Shown in pieces: positions 15,720 to 25,167 of a stretch of DNA of 64,000 bases (position 1 is its first letter; each line of letters opens with the position of its first letter). Where the stretch lies: assembly GCA_013349325.1 (NCBI GenBank), contig DUZX01000002.1, forward strand, positions 107,987 through 171,986, given 5' to 3'. A program made the position numbers and the translations under genes. The stretch is from Desulfuromonadales bacterium. Lineage in GTDB: Bacteria > Desulfobacterota > Desulfuromonadia > Geobacterales > Pseudopelobacteraceae. The notes under the pieces are model-generated. The model saw only the letters and a list, made by a program, of their open reading frames with translations, did not search any database and was not told the DNA's origin.

Positions 15720-17030
15720 TCAGACTGCGAAAATTGATCTGAGACCCTGGAGTGCCTGCTCAAGCAGGACCGGATCGTCAACAGCCTGTTTCAGGTAGGT
15801 TTGCATCTCGGCATGATGTGCTACAGCATAATCTATACCGGAATTAGATCCGGCTTTGTATGCACCAATATTAATCAGGTCTTCCGACTGGCGGTAGGTT
15901 GCCAGCACTTCTCTGAATCTGGAGGCCAGCTCGATATGCTCGCGTGACGCAACGTCCGTCATAACCCGGCTGGCGCTGGCAAGAATATCGATGGGGGGAT
16001 AAATAGAGCGGGCGGCCAGATCTCGGGAGAGGACGATATGCCCGTCCAGAATACTGCGCATGGCATCGGATATCGGTTCATTAAAATCGTCGCCTTCAAC
16101 TAATACGGTGTAGAGAGCCGTGATACTACCCTCGGGAAAATTACCGGTTCGCTCCAGCAGTTTTGGCAATGCGGCAAAGACCGATGGGGTGTACCCTTTG
16201 GTTGTCGGCGGTTCTCCGATTGCCAACCCGACTTCACGCATTGCCATGGCGAAACGGGTAGCCGAATCCATCATCAGTAATACTTTTTTGCCCTTGTTCT
16301 TGAAGTACTCGGCGATTGTCGTGGCAAGGTAGGCACCGCGCATACGGACCAGCGGCGGCTGATCGGAGGTGGCTACCACGACGACAGTTTTTTTAAGTCC
16401 CTGTTCCTGAAGGTCTTTCTCAATGAATTCGCGCAGTTCGCGACCACGCTCGCCGATCAGGGCGATCACGTTGACATCCGCTTCGGTATAACGGGCGATC
16501 ATCCCGAGCAGCGTGGATTTGCCAACTCCCGACCCGGCCATGATGCCGATGCGTTGTCCCTGTCCGCAGGTCAGGAGCCCGTTGATGCTGCGGATGCCCA
16601 GATCAAGCGGCTTGCGAATCGGTGGCCGCGACATCGGATTAACCGGAAGCGCGTAGATAGGGTATTCCTCTTCAACGGCAATCGGCCCTTTATCATCGAT
16701 GGGATTTCCCAAGCCGTCAATGACACGGCCCAGCATGAGTGGTCCGACCCCCAGTGAGGCGTTGTCCCGCCGCACAGTGATAAGGCTGTCAAGGCCGACA
16801 CCCCGCAGCTCTCCGAGTGGCATCAGTAATGTTTTGTTGTTTCGGAAGCCGACTACTTCGGCCGGAATCGGGTCACCTGCCAACGGGTGTATCTCACAGA
16901 TGGCGCCGACTGAGGTGTCGGGGCAGTAACCTTCGATCACCAGGCCAACCACCTGCGTCACTTTGCCGTGCAGCTTGACCGGCTTGGAAGCGTTTATTGC
17001 AGCACGGTATTTATGAAGAGAGAGGTTCAT
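15720..17030 (-). CDS. fliI: Flagellum-specific ATPase FliI
   Basis: Walker A GSGVGKST and Walker B VLLMMDS. I place the start at MNLSLHKYRA (ATG 17030-17028). The track ORF extends to 17219, but that extension overlaps fliH in another frame. Confidence 0.9.
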   Translation of the reverse strand: MNLSLHKYRAAINASKPVKLHGKVTQVVGLVIEGYCPDTSVGAICEIHPLAGDPIPAEVVGFRNNKTLLMPLGELRGVGLDSLITVRRDNASLGVGPLMLGRVIDGLGNPIDDKGPIAVEEEYPIYALPVNPMSRPPIRKPLDLGIRSINGLLTCGQGQRIGIMAGSGVGKSTLLGMIARYTEADVNVIALIGERGRELREFIEKDLQEQGLKKTVVVVATSDQPPLVRMRGAYLATTIAEYFKNKGKKVLLMMDSATRFAMAMREVGLAIGEPPTTKGYTPSVFAALPKLLERTGNFPEGSITALYTVLVEGDDFNEPISDAMRSILDGHIVLSRDLAARSIYPPIDILASASRVMTDVASREHIELASRFREVLATYRQSEDLINIGAYKAGSNSGIDYAVAHHAEMQTYLKQAVDDPVLLEQALQGLRSIFAV

Positions 17031-17046
17031 AGTAGATTCACACTGG

Positions 17047-17793
17047 TCAGCCTGCCGGCAGAGCTGCTTCAGGTGAAGGTGCGGTACGATGCTGGAGCAG
17101 ATGGCGATAGATCTCGTCCAGTTGGGCATCCAGGCCCGCATCCAGTGTCCCCATGACGGTGTCAACCTTGCAGAAACCGGCCGAAACGGTCGGATCCGGT
17201 TTGAGCAGCACCCGTTCACTGGTCAGCTCCTCGTGCAGCACCCCTTCGCGCCCGCTGCTTACCAACAGATAATCTTCCGGGTTGATCCGCACGGTAATCT
17301 CTTCTCGGGCCGAAATTCCCGCTATCGCAGTGTGGACCACATCGGCCAGTATGGTCTGGTTTTGTGCCACTTCTTGTATGATGACCTTGCGGGCAACCAG
17401 AATGATCAGATTCAGCAGTTCATCCTCTGATTCACGCAGGACCTTTTCACGCAGGTTGCGAATCGTTTCTGTTGCAGCGCGCAGCGCCCTGAAAACATTC
17501 TCGAGCCCACGTTCCGCCAGATCCTTCCCCTCTTTCAAGCCATCGTTGAAAGCGGCATTGATTCTCTCAGCAAGCTCCTCCTCGCTTATTTCAAGCGGGG
17601 GCGGACCGGCATCCTGAGCGGCATCATGTTCATCCTGAAAACCTGCCCCCTGATGCAAGCCCATTTTGACAAAACCGGCCGAGCCCTTTTCTTCGGGCGG
17701 GAGCACGGCCGACGGGCCAAACACCTTGAAGCTGAAGTTTGACATGTCGGTGCCACTCTGAGTGGTTGATTTGATGATGCTAGACGAGGACAT
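17047..17793 (-). CDS. fliH: Flagellar assembly protein FliH
   Basis: 248 aa with a FliH-like C-terminal region, lying between fliG and fliI. The start is uncertain (17793, or the internal ATG at 17745). Confidence 0.75.
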   Translation of the reverse strand: MSSSSIIKSTTQSGTDMSNFSFKVFGPSAVLPPEEKGSAGFVKMGLHQGAGFQDEHDAAQDAGPPPLEISEEELAERINAAFNDGLKEGKDLAERGLENVFRALRAATETIRNLREKVLRESEDELLNLIILVARKVIIQEVAQNQTILADVVHTAIAGISAREEITVRINPEDYLLVSSGREGVLHEELTSERVLLKPDPTVSAGFCKVDTVMGTLDAGLDAQLDEIYRHLLQHRTAPSPEAALPAG

Positions 17794-18784
17794 CTTCGCT
17801 TCCTCGTCCAGCCAGTACTATTTTCCCCTCTTCTTCCATCTTGCGCACGATCTTGATAATTTCTTCCTGTGCTTTTTCGACATCCGAGAGTTTGACAGGT
17901 CCCATGACTTCGAGGTCTTCCTTGATCATCTCGGCTGCGCGGCTGGAGATGTTTCTGAAAATCTTGTCTTTAACTTCATCAGGAGACGTTTTCATAGCCA
18001 GGGTCAGGCTGTCATTTGAAACTTCACGCATGACCGACTGAATACTGCGGTCGTCCAGTGCAAAAACATCCTCGAAGGTAAAGAGGTGTTTGCGGATGAT
18101 CTCTGACAACGGGGGACTGATAACGTCCAGTTTGTCGAGGATGTATTTTTCGCGGGCCCGGTCAAAGAAGTTGAACATATCGACAACTTTATCGACGCCG
18201 CCAATTACGTGACGCTGTGATCCGCCCATCGACTTGATTTCACGTTTCATAACTTCATCAATTTCGACCAGAATTTCAGGTGAAATCTGTTCGACATCGG
18301 CGATTCGCATGACGACTTCTGCCTGCAACTCCTGAGGCAGGATGCTGATAATTTCACTGGTCTGTTTTGATTTGAGCTTGGCCAGTACAACGGCGATCGT
18401 CTGCGGGTGTTCATTGGTAAGGAAGTTGGCAATACTCTTCGAGTCCATGTTGGCCAGAACATCAACCAGCTCGATGTAATTGGCCGCCTTGAGATCGAAC
18501 ATCAACTCCTGGGCCTTGTTCGGTCCAAGCGCCTTTTCAAGCAGCTTGAGAACGAATTCGTCACCCTGGGAAAAGAGACCGGCTTCCGGATCGATGACTT
18601 CATTGAAGGTCGCAACTATCTCCATGATCTTGTCACGGGGAACATGCCCGAGCTTGCTCATGCTTTTGCCGATCTTTTTTATATCTGTATCATCAAGCAG
18701 CTCAAAAACTTTCGCAGTGACGTCGTCACCGAGATAGAGCAGGAGAACGGCTGCTTTATCTGAACCTGTCATTTCTTCTGACAT
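17780..18784 (-). CDS. fliG: Flagellar motor switch protein FliG
   Basis: 334 aa. N-terminal KAAVLLLYLGDD, middle EHPQTIAVVLA, and a C-terminal torque-helix region. Confidence 0.9.
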   Translation of the reverse strand: MSEEMTGSDKAAVLLLYLGDDVTAKVFELLDDTDIKKIGKSMSKLGHVPRDKIMEIVATFNEVIDPEAGLFSQGDEFVLKLLEKALGPNKAQELMFDLKAANYIELVDVLANMDSKSIANFLTNEHPQTIAVVLAKLKSKQTSEIISILPQELQAEVVMRIADVEQISPEILVEIDEVMKREIKSMGGSQRHVIGGVDKVVDMFNFFDRAREKYILDKLDVISPPLSEIIRKHLFTFEDVFALDDRSIQSVMREVSNDSLTLAMKTSPDEVKDKIFRNISSRAAEMIKEDLEVMGPVKLSDVEKAQEEIIKIVRKMEEEGKIVLAGRGSEDVLV

Positions 18785-18832
18785 ACGTTACCATCCTGCA
18801 CTTTCAGATTTAAAAACGCGAAAATAAAGGCC

Positions 18833-20413
18833 CTACTTGTCGGCTGCAACCCAGTTCTGGAGTATCTGAGCTACCATGGCCGGATCCTTTTTGGCCTGAG
18901 CGATCAAAATTTCCTGATCCATTTTGCTGCGTGAGATCGGCACATTTTCCGGTGCTGCTACAAAACCTTCACCTGTCGGCGTAGAAAACGTTTCTTCAGG
19001 CTCTGCAGGCTTCATGATCCGCAGTGAGGTAAGCAGCGGCCTGATTACGAATAATATCAGCGTCAGGAAACCGATTCCGATCATCAGGTTTTTAGCAAGC
19101 TGCAGGAAGAACGGATTTGTCCACCAGGCGGCTTTTTCGGTGACACCGGCCTCGTCAGTGTCCTGGAACGGTATGTTCTGGACACTCAGCTGATCGCCAC
19201 GGTCGGTGTTAAAGCCTACTGCGCTCTTAACCAATGTTTCGAGTTTCTGTAACTCTTCGGGACTGCGGGCGGTATACTTGGCTTTAGCGATCTGTCCCTC
19301 TTTGGCCGCTGCCGGAGCTTCGTATTTCCCGTCAACCAGTACGGCAACCGATAACTTGGTCAGCGCGCCGACCGGCTCAATGATCTTGGCTGTCGAATGG
19401 CTGATTTCATAATTGAGGGTTTCGTCAGTTTTGCTGCCGCCACCGGTTGTTGCACCACCTGCCGGGGGGGTGCGTCCCAGGTTGGTCTGTACCCCCGGAA
19501 CACCGGATGCCGAAGAGGTTGAAGCGCCTTTCTCCTCTGAGCGCTGCTCACTCCGTACGGCGATTGTTTCCGGATCGAATTTCTCTTCAACACGCTCGAC
19601 CTGTTTGAAATCAAAGCCTGCCGTTACCCGAACCACTGATTTTCCGCCACCGACGACTCGATCAAGCAGCGATTGAATGCGCTCTTCGACATTCTTTTCG
19701 TAAACGCGCTGAGTCTCCTGCATGGCGGTTGTCATGCGTGAGGTTGAATCGCTGCTGCCCCCCTTGCTGAGGATCTTGCCGCGACTGTCAAGAACCGTGA
19801 CATGTTCGGGATCCATCCCCTCAATAGAGGCGGCCACAAGATGGACAACACCCTGCACTTCCGATTCACGGAGCGCCTTGCCGGATTTCATCTTCAGTAC
19901 GATCGAGGCTGTGGCCGGTTTTTCGTTATCTCTGAAGAGAGATTTTTCCGGAATAACCAGGTGAACGCGCGCCTGTTCGACTCCGGAAAGCTGGGCAATC
20001 GTGCGTGACAGTTCTCCTTGCAGGGCGCGCTGATAATTCAGTTTTTGAACAAATTCAGTCATCCCGAAATTTTTACGGTCAAAAATCTCGAAGCCGACGC
20101 CGCCACCCTGCGGGATCCCTTCCGATGCCAGGGTCAGACGCAGTTCGTAGACCTTGTCAGCCGGGACCAGAACACCTTTACCATCAGCAGTGATCTGATA
20201 CGGAGTCTTGCCATCTTTCAATTTTTTTACAATTTCACCGGCGTCTTCGGCGGTAAGATTGGTAAAGAGCGGCCGATAGTCGGTGCGGTTGGCAACGAAA
20301 ATAAGAATCGCAAATGCTATCGCCGATAAAAAAGCTATCGTGGCGATCAGCATCCTTTTTCCTGGGGAGAGCGCCATAAAAGGCTCTATAAGTTTGCGTA
20401 TTCCTTCTGGCAT
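18833..20413 (-). CDS. fliF: Flagellar M-ring protein FliF
   Basis: 526 aa with N- and C-terminal TM segments. It has the conserved LNYQRALQGELSRTI motif. Confidence 0.9.
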   Translation of the reverse strand: MPEGIRKLIEPFMALSPGKRMLIATIAFLSAIAFAILIFVANRTDYRPLFTNLTAEDAGEIVKKLKDGKTPYQITADGKGVLVPADKVYELRLTLASEGIPQGGGVGFEIFDRKNFGMTEFVQKLNYQRALQGELSRTIAQLSGVEQARVHLVIPEKSLFRDNEKPATASIVLKMKSGKALRESEVQGVVHLVAASIEGMDPEHVTVLDSRGKILSKGGSSDSTSRMTTAMQETQRVYEKNVEERIQSLLDRVVGGGKSVVRVTAGFDFKQVERVEEKFDPETIAVRSEQRSEEKGASTSSASGVPGVQTNLGRTPPAGGATTGGGSKTDETLNYEISHSTAKIIEPVGALTKLSVAVLVDGKYEAPAAAKEGQIAKAKYTARSPEELQKLETLVKSAVGFNTDRGDQLSVQNIPFQDTDEAGVTEKAAWWTNPFFLQLAKNLMIGIGFLTLILFVIRPLLTSLRIMKPAEPEETFSTPTGEGFVAAPENVPISRSKMDQEILIAQAKKDPAMVAQILQNWVAADK

Positions 20414-20469
20414 GGTAGCGGTCCGTTCCTTTCAGCGACGTTATCAGAATTAGTAGTGAAATCGACCCG

Positions 20470-20772
20470 TTATACCTGCATACGCATGACTTCCTGGTAG
20501 GCCTCGAGCGCCTTGTTGCGCACCTGCGACATGAACTGGAACGAAATACCGGCCTTTTCCACGGCAATCATGACTTCATGGAGGTTTTTATTCTGACCGC
20601 TGGCCAATCCCTGAATTGATTTGTCGGATTGGATCTGGATATCATTAACCTTGGAAACGAGTTCACTGAAAAATTTACCGGCTCCTTCGGCCGGGCCTAG
20701 CGAAGCGCTCTTCTGCATATCAGGGAACGCCTTTGCCATACCGATGCCATTTTGAATGCCCTGAATTTCCAT
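20470..20772 (-). CDS. fliE: Flagellar hook-basal body protein FliE
   Basis: The C-terminal sequence is ...[32 protein letters not shown] chose the start at the second ATG (20772), which is preceded by GGAGGGG. The track start is 20787. Confidence 0.85.
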   Translation of the reverse strand: MEIQGIQNGIGMAKAFPDMQKSASLGPAEGAGKFFSELVSKVNDIQIQSDKSIQGLASGQNKNLHEVMIAVEKAGISFQFMSQVRNKALEAYQEVMRMQV

Positions 20773-20802
20773 GTGAGACCCCTCCATAGGTTAGTATTGT
20801 GA

Positions 20803-21243
20803 TTAACGACCGATTTCCAGCGTTTTCATAGCCATGCTTTTTGCCGCCTGAACCGCCGTAACATTTGCTTCATATGCCCGCGAAGCACCGATCATATCGG
20901 CCATCTCCTCGACGACGTTGACGTTGGGCATGGCGACGTATCCCTGCGGATTGGCATCGGGGTGACCAGGATCGTACTGTAGTCGTGGCGGTGACTGATC
21001 CTCAATGATGCGCTCCACCTCGACCGTCCGGACCTGCTGTGCCGTTGCACCGTCAAGCGCCCGCTCGAATGGATTCGAGGCAATCGGCGTAGCCGTAAAG
21101 ACAGCGTCTTTGCGTTTATAGGGACCACCCTCCGGCGTACGGGTCGTTCCGGCGTTTGCCAGATTGCTGGAGATCAGGTTCATGCGGGTCCGGTTAGCCG
21201 AGAGTGCCGATGAACTTACGGTGAGTGAACTGAAAAAATCCAT
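20803..21243 (-). CDS. flgC: Flagellar basal-body rod protein FlgC
   Basis: 146 aa: SSSALSANRTRMNLISSNLANAGTTRTPEGGPYKRKD ... SRAYEANVTAVQAAKSM. Confidence 0.9.
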   Translation of the reverse strand: MDFFSSLTVSSSALSANRTRMNLISSNLANAGTTRTPEGGPYKRKDAVFTATPIASNPFERALDGATAQQVRTVEVERIIEDQSPPRLQYDPGHPDANPQGYVAMPNVNVVEEMADMIGASRAYEANVTAVQAAKSMAMKTLEIGR

Positions 21244-21678
21244 TTATTTCCCCTCTCTGAGAGCGCTTTTCAGTCCTTCGAACTTTTTGACCAGCAACTG
21301 GACCGAGGCGTTGAACATGATCTGGTTTTCCGCCATCCTGCCCATTTCGTTCTCAAGTTCCACAGCGTTTCCGTCTTTGCCGGGTGTTTTGGCCGGTGTT
21401 TCAATCACTGTGCCGGTAACCGATTGCAGAGGTGCTCCGGAGCTGGCGCCATGCAGCGGGATGTGACGGGGATGCGGCGTGCTCGAAGGGAGTCGGCCGG
21501 TGCTGCGGTTTTTTATCGCCCCCTGCAACTCTGCATCAAATGACAGTGATTTCGGTATGTAGTTAGGGGTCTCGGCGTTAGCGATGTTGGCTGCGATTAG
21601 ATTCTGATTCCTGGCCCGCAGGTCAACGCTCTTGCCCAGCAGATTGACGGTCGTACTGAATAATCCATCTAATTGCAT
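21244..21678 (-). CDS. flgB: Flagellar basal-body rod protein FlgB
   Basis: It contains LRARNQNLIAANIANAETPNYIPK. I chose the start at ATG 21678, preceded by GGAGGG. The track uses an upstream TTG at 21696. Confidence 0.9.
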   Translation of the reverse strand: MQLDGLFSTTVNLLGKSVDLRARNQNLIAANIANAETPNYIPKSLSFDAELQGAIKNRSTGRLPSSTPHPRHIPLHGASSGAPLQSVTGTVIETPAKTPGKDGNAVELENEMGRMAENQIMFNASVQLLVKKFEGLKSALREGK

Positions 21679-21703
21679 AGTAATCCCTCCACACAACGCT
21701 CTT

Positions 21704-21720
21704 ATGCAGAATACATACCA
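21704..21720 (-). promoter_or_regulatory. Candidate sigma54 (-24/-12) promoter of the flgB operon
   Basis: Minus strand TGGTATGTATTCTGCAT has GG-N10-GC spacing, against the consensus TGGCAC-N5-TTGCA. The GC is 27 nt upstream of the flgB ATG. Confidence 0.45.
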
Positions 21721-21895
21721 TCTCGAACAACGGGTTTACCACGTTATTGTGTCATTGTACCATCAAAAGCTGAAAACGAGAGTAATTCCTGAAGTAATTC
21801 CGGGGTGCGCAGGGAGGGTGAATCAGTCGTTGGGTCAATATCTTGACAGTGTCATGGCTTTGACCATTGCTGCGGACTACAGGGGGAGATCTGGA

Positions 21896-24004
21896 TTACT
21901 GTACTGATGCCAGCGCCTGTCTGGCCAGCTGCTGCCAATCGCTATCCTTACCGCTTTTTGCCAGCTTTTCAAAAGTGATCTTTGCCATTTTGATATTGCC
22001 GTCGCGCAGGTAAATCTGTCCTGTTTTGTAGACGAATTCATCACTCCGTTTGTTGTCGGGCAGCTTGATACCAGCTTCCAGAAGTTTCAAAGCCCGTTTT
22101 CGGTCTCCGACTGATTCAAGGGATGAGGCGGCCACATAATAAGCATCCGGTATCAGCTGCGGATTTGGAGCGCCGGTATTCAGAAAAAGATGGATGGCCT
22201 TGATGGCCGGGGCATACTGTTGCAGTGACCAGAGAGCACGTCCCAGACGATAATAGCTCTCGTGCTGGCGGGCCTGTTCCCCCTTGTTAAGAAGCCAGTA
22301 CAGGCTTTCCCTGACCTGCTGCGGTTTGTTGGCGCTGAAATAGATCGATCCGAGACGCTCCTTCATCGCACGTACGTCGGGATGCGCAGGGTATTTAAGT
22401 AAAAACGTCGAAATGGCGTGCTCCGCTGCGGCACTGTCACCGATTAATTCAGCATTTTCAGCAATTTCGGTATACATTTCCGGAGCAGCCGGAGCAGCCC
22501 ATACACGTTCAACCAGAGCCGTCAACAGCTTGACCAGTTCAATCGGACGGGCGGAAGCGGTATACGCCTTGGCGACGGTTTTGACAAATGAAGGCAGTTC
22601 GATACAGCTGGCCAGGTAGTCATGCTGTTCTTCAATAAAACGTACCAGGGCGGCCGGATCTTTATCCCACTCGGTCTGTTGAAATACATTTGATACCAGC
22701 ACCTCCCGCATGGGTCTGGCCACGGTAGCATAGACGCCGCGCGGAAACGCACGCTGAAACCCGGAAACCATCAGAAGAGCCTCACCGGCCTCTCCATGCA
22801 TCGACTCCAGAAGAACATATTTGAAGTGCGCCTCCTCGCGCATGTCAATGTCGCCACTCTGGCGGGCGGCGTTCTTGTAAATATCTCTGAGCGGCAGATA
22901 GTTCCAAGGGGTCGTCTGCAGGAAATCCCGGTCTGCGAGCCGCATGGCTGCTATCTGGCTGGCCTTGTTGTCACTGAAATTTTCGGCGACATTACGGTAG
23001 ATAGCCAGAGCCTCCTGTTCGTGTCCCTGGCGGGTCAGGATATCCCCAAGGCGTACGAGCAGAGCAGGCGCATACTTCTTGTCTGCCAGACGCGCAAGCA
23101 GAGCTGACAGCAGCGAGCGTGCCGAAGCCAGGTCTCCGCTCCGGGCGATGCTGTCGCCGTAGTAGAAGGTTACGCCCGGATTAAAGCCAAGGTACGCAGG
23201 CCAGATCTTTTCGGCCTCACGAAACGCAGAGAGAGCCTGGGGATACTTCTGCTGTTTGTACCAGGTTTCAGCCAAACGATAGAGTGCCAGGGGGCGTATT
23301 TCCGACTGGCGTGAGGCAAACTGCAACAGCAGCTCCTCGGCTTCGGTCAAGTTGCCTTTATAGAGCGCACCCTCAGCGGCGATAAACGTCTTCTGGTCGT
23401 TTTCATCCAGGAACTTTTTCAGAACATGCCGGTCAGTAGGTGCGAATGGTATTTCAGATTTGAGCGGCGGATCAAAATCCCGGATCAGTTTTTCAATCCC
23501 GTTCCATATCTTTTCCCGTCCGGCAAAGGTCGGGCGCGGCAGCGACGGTTTGAAGGCGGTGCCGACGTCAACGGTTATGGTGCTGGTGCCGTTGCGCGTG
23601 ATATCGCGCCAGCCGGCTTTTGGTGACAGCTGAAAGGTAACCAGAAGGTTTTCGCCGCGTTGTAAGAAAACGAGGCCGCCGATGTTGGTATCGGAATAAC
23701 TCCGGAATTTTTTGAAGAGCGTGCCGCCGGTATCCCGAATGGCGATCCTCAGGCGGTTTCCGGGAATAGGAGACAGGACGTACGGAGGTGGTTCTGCCAA
23801 CTGCAGGTTGATGCGTGTATACCCGTTACGAGCCTTAATGTCGACACGATACAGGTGGTTGGACAGGGAGGCCTGGACATCGGAAACAGGTGCACAGAGA
23901 AGTATCAGGAATGTGGTGAGCAGTACCGTGAAAAGAGGGGATGCCGCGCGGAAATTTTGAGCCGGTAGAGATGGCATTATGTTGAATCCGACCGGTGCTG
24001 ACAT
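21896..24004 (-). CDS. Secreted or periplasmic TPR-repeat protein with an N-terminal AMIN-like domain
   Basis: 702 aa with a signal-like N-terminus. The AMIN-like stretch is LYRVDIKARNGYTRINLQLAEPPPYVLSPIPGNRLRIAIRDT. Multiple TPR-like A..Y/W..A repeats follow. It shares a 1-nt stop/start overlap with the upstream gene. Confidence 0.6.
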   Translation of the reverse strand: MSAPVGFNIMPSLPAQNFRAASPLFTVLLTTFLILLCAPVSDVQASLSNHLYRVDIKARNGYTRINLQLAEPPPYVLSPIPGNRLRIAIRDTGGTLFKKFRSYSDTNIGGLVFLQRGENLLVTFQLSPKAGWRDITRNGTSTITVDVGTAFKPSLPRPTFAGREKIWNGIEKLIRDFDPPLKSEIPFAPTDRHVLKKFLDENDQKTFIAAEGALYKGNLTEAEELLLQFASRQSEIRPLALYRLAETWYKQQKYPQALSAFREAEKIWPAYLGFNPGVTFYYGDSIARSGDLASARSLLSALLARLADKKYAPALLVRLGDILTRQGHEQEALAIYRNVAENFSDNKASQIAAMRLADRDFLQTTPWNYLPLRDIYKNAARQSGDIDMREEAHFKYVLLESMHGEAGEALLMVSGFQRAFPRGVYATVARPMREVLVSNVFQQTEWDKDPAALVRFIEEQHDYLASCIELPSFVKTVAKAYTASARPIELVKLLTALVERVWAAPAAPEMYTEIAENAELIGDSAAAEHAISTFLLKYPAHPDVRAMKERLGSIYFSANKPQQVRESLYWLLNKGEQARQHESYYRLGRALWSLQQYAPAIKAIHLFLNTGAPNPQLIPDAYYVAASSLESVGDRKRALKLLEAGIKLPDNKRSDEFVYKTGQIYLRDGNIKMAKITFEKLAKSGKDSDWQQLARQALASVQ

Positions 24005-25071
24005 CAGGAAGCTGCTAGTTTGCAGTGTCGTCGCACCTTGGAAACGATATCCTCACTGTTGCACGGCTTGATGATAATATCACTGGCGCCGTACTTGAGA
24101 GCCTTCAGAACGGCCGTTCGTGTCCAGCGTTCGGCGCTCATGATGATCGGAGGAGGGACCGCCATACGGACTGCGTTCACCTTTATGCAGATGGCAAGTT
24201 CGCGGTCGTCTGCGTCCTGAGAACCGATAATAACCAGCCGAACATTACGCCCTTTGAAAAGCTCTTTGATATCGGCGTCCAGAGTCCCTTCAGCAATCTG
24301 GAGGCCGGTAAATTCGAGTATTTCAATCATTTGCTGGCGCTGGTCACTATCATCTTCCAGAATGACGATACTGTCTTCGCCGTCGTTGGCATCAGGAGCA
24401 CTCCCGGTCACTTCATGCTCAGAAGAATTCGTCGCATGCCCTGCGGCAGTCGTGCCAACAGTATGAGCCGCTTCGTCCTCGGGTGCGACACATGGTGGCG
24501 GATCATACAATTTACCCAGATCGACCGGAATCAGCACATCCAGATTGGCCAAATCCTGACCAGGCATCTCCATTCTGGAGCGAAACATCAGGTATTCACC
24601 ATCAGGTAGCGGTTCTTCGGCGCTTAACGTATCAACCTCGGGGACATACTTTTTGGGAGGCAGCAGTTTGAGGCGGATCTTGTCAGGCAGCCTGCTCTGA
24701 AAAACGTTGTTAAAGGCGCCATTTACCATGTTGGCGATCTCGGAAAAAGCGTCAAAATCATCGTTCTCCATGATCGAGAGCCGTCGCTTCTCCTGGATGC
24801 GCCCTGGAGGAAAACCGAGCAGAATGCTACTCATTACGATCGCATCCGGTAACGAAAATACCAGATAGAACTGCCCTGCAAAGGGTTCGCTTGAGTCGAC
24901 CCCCAGAACAAAACAGCCGTTTTCCAGCCCGCTGAAAAAGGAAGTCTTGCTGGTTTCAAGCGAATCCGAAAGTTCAATAGACAGTTCCTGCCCAAGCAGC
25001 TGGCCGGTTTCTTTACCAGCCTGTTTCAGGGCCGATTCCAACATGCCGTATAAATGCGCGAAATTATCCAT
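24004..25071 (-). CDS. CheC/CheX-like domain fused to a response-regulator receiver domain
   Basis: 355 aa. It has the CheC-family motif D-x3-E-x2-N (DAFSEIAN). The C-terminal REC fold has VILEDDSD, IIMSA and IIKP. The canonical phospho-acceptor position appears to be Gly (RLVIIGSQD). Confidence 0.6.
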   Translation of the reverse strand: MDNFAHLYGMLESALKQAGKETGQLLGQELSIELSDSLETSKTSFFSGLENGCFVLGVDSSEPFAGQFYLVFSLPDAIVMSSILLGFPPGRIQEKRRLSIMENDDFDAFSEIANMVNGAFNNVFQSRLPDKIRLKLLPPKKYVPEVDTLSAEEPLPDGEYLMFRSRMEMPGQDLANLDVLIPVDLGKLYDPPPCVAPEDEAAHTVGTTAAGHATNSSEHEVTGSAPDANDGEDSIVILEDDSDQRQQMIEILEFTGLQIAEGTLDADIKELFKGRNVRLVIIGSQDADDRELAICIKVNAVRMAVPPPIIMSAERWTRTAVLKALKYGASDIIIKPCNSEDIVSKVRRHCKLAAS

Positions 25072-25136
25072 CAGTGAGTGTCTTCCTGTACGAGCGGTAA
25101 CGGTAATATCCTGAAGTGCATCTGGATTTTGTCATA

Positions 25137-25152
25137 TGCATTAACCAGACCA
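25137..25152 (-). promoter_or_regulatory. Weak candidate sigma54 promoter upstream of the CheC-REC gene
   Basis: Minus strand TGGTCTGGTTAATGCA has GG-N10-GC spacing and lies about 66 nt upstream of the ATG at 25071. Confidence 0.3.
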
Positions 25153-25167
25153 ACTGTGAGAGACGAA

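Noticed and set aside
17031-17219. An N-terminal 63-codon extension of the fliI ORF in the track (start at 17219).
   Set aside because: The extension overlaps the 3' end of fliH in another frame and has a Cys/Trp/Arg-rich non-protein-like sequence. The conserved FliI sequence begins at MNLSLHKY (ATG 17030), 16 nt after the fliH stop.
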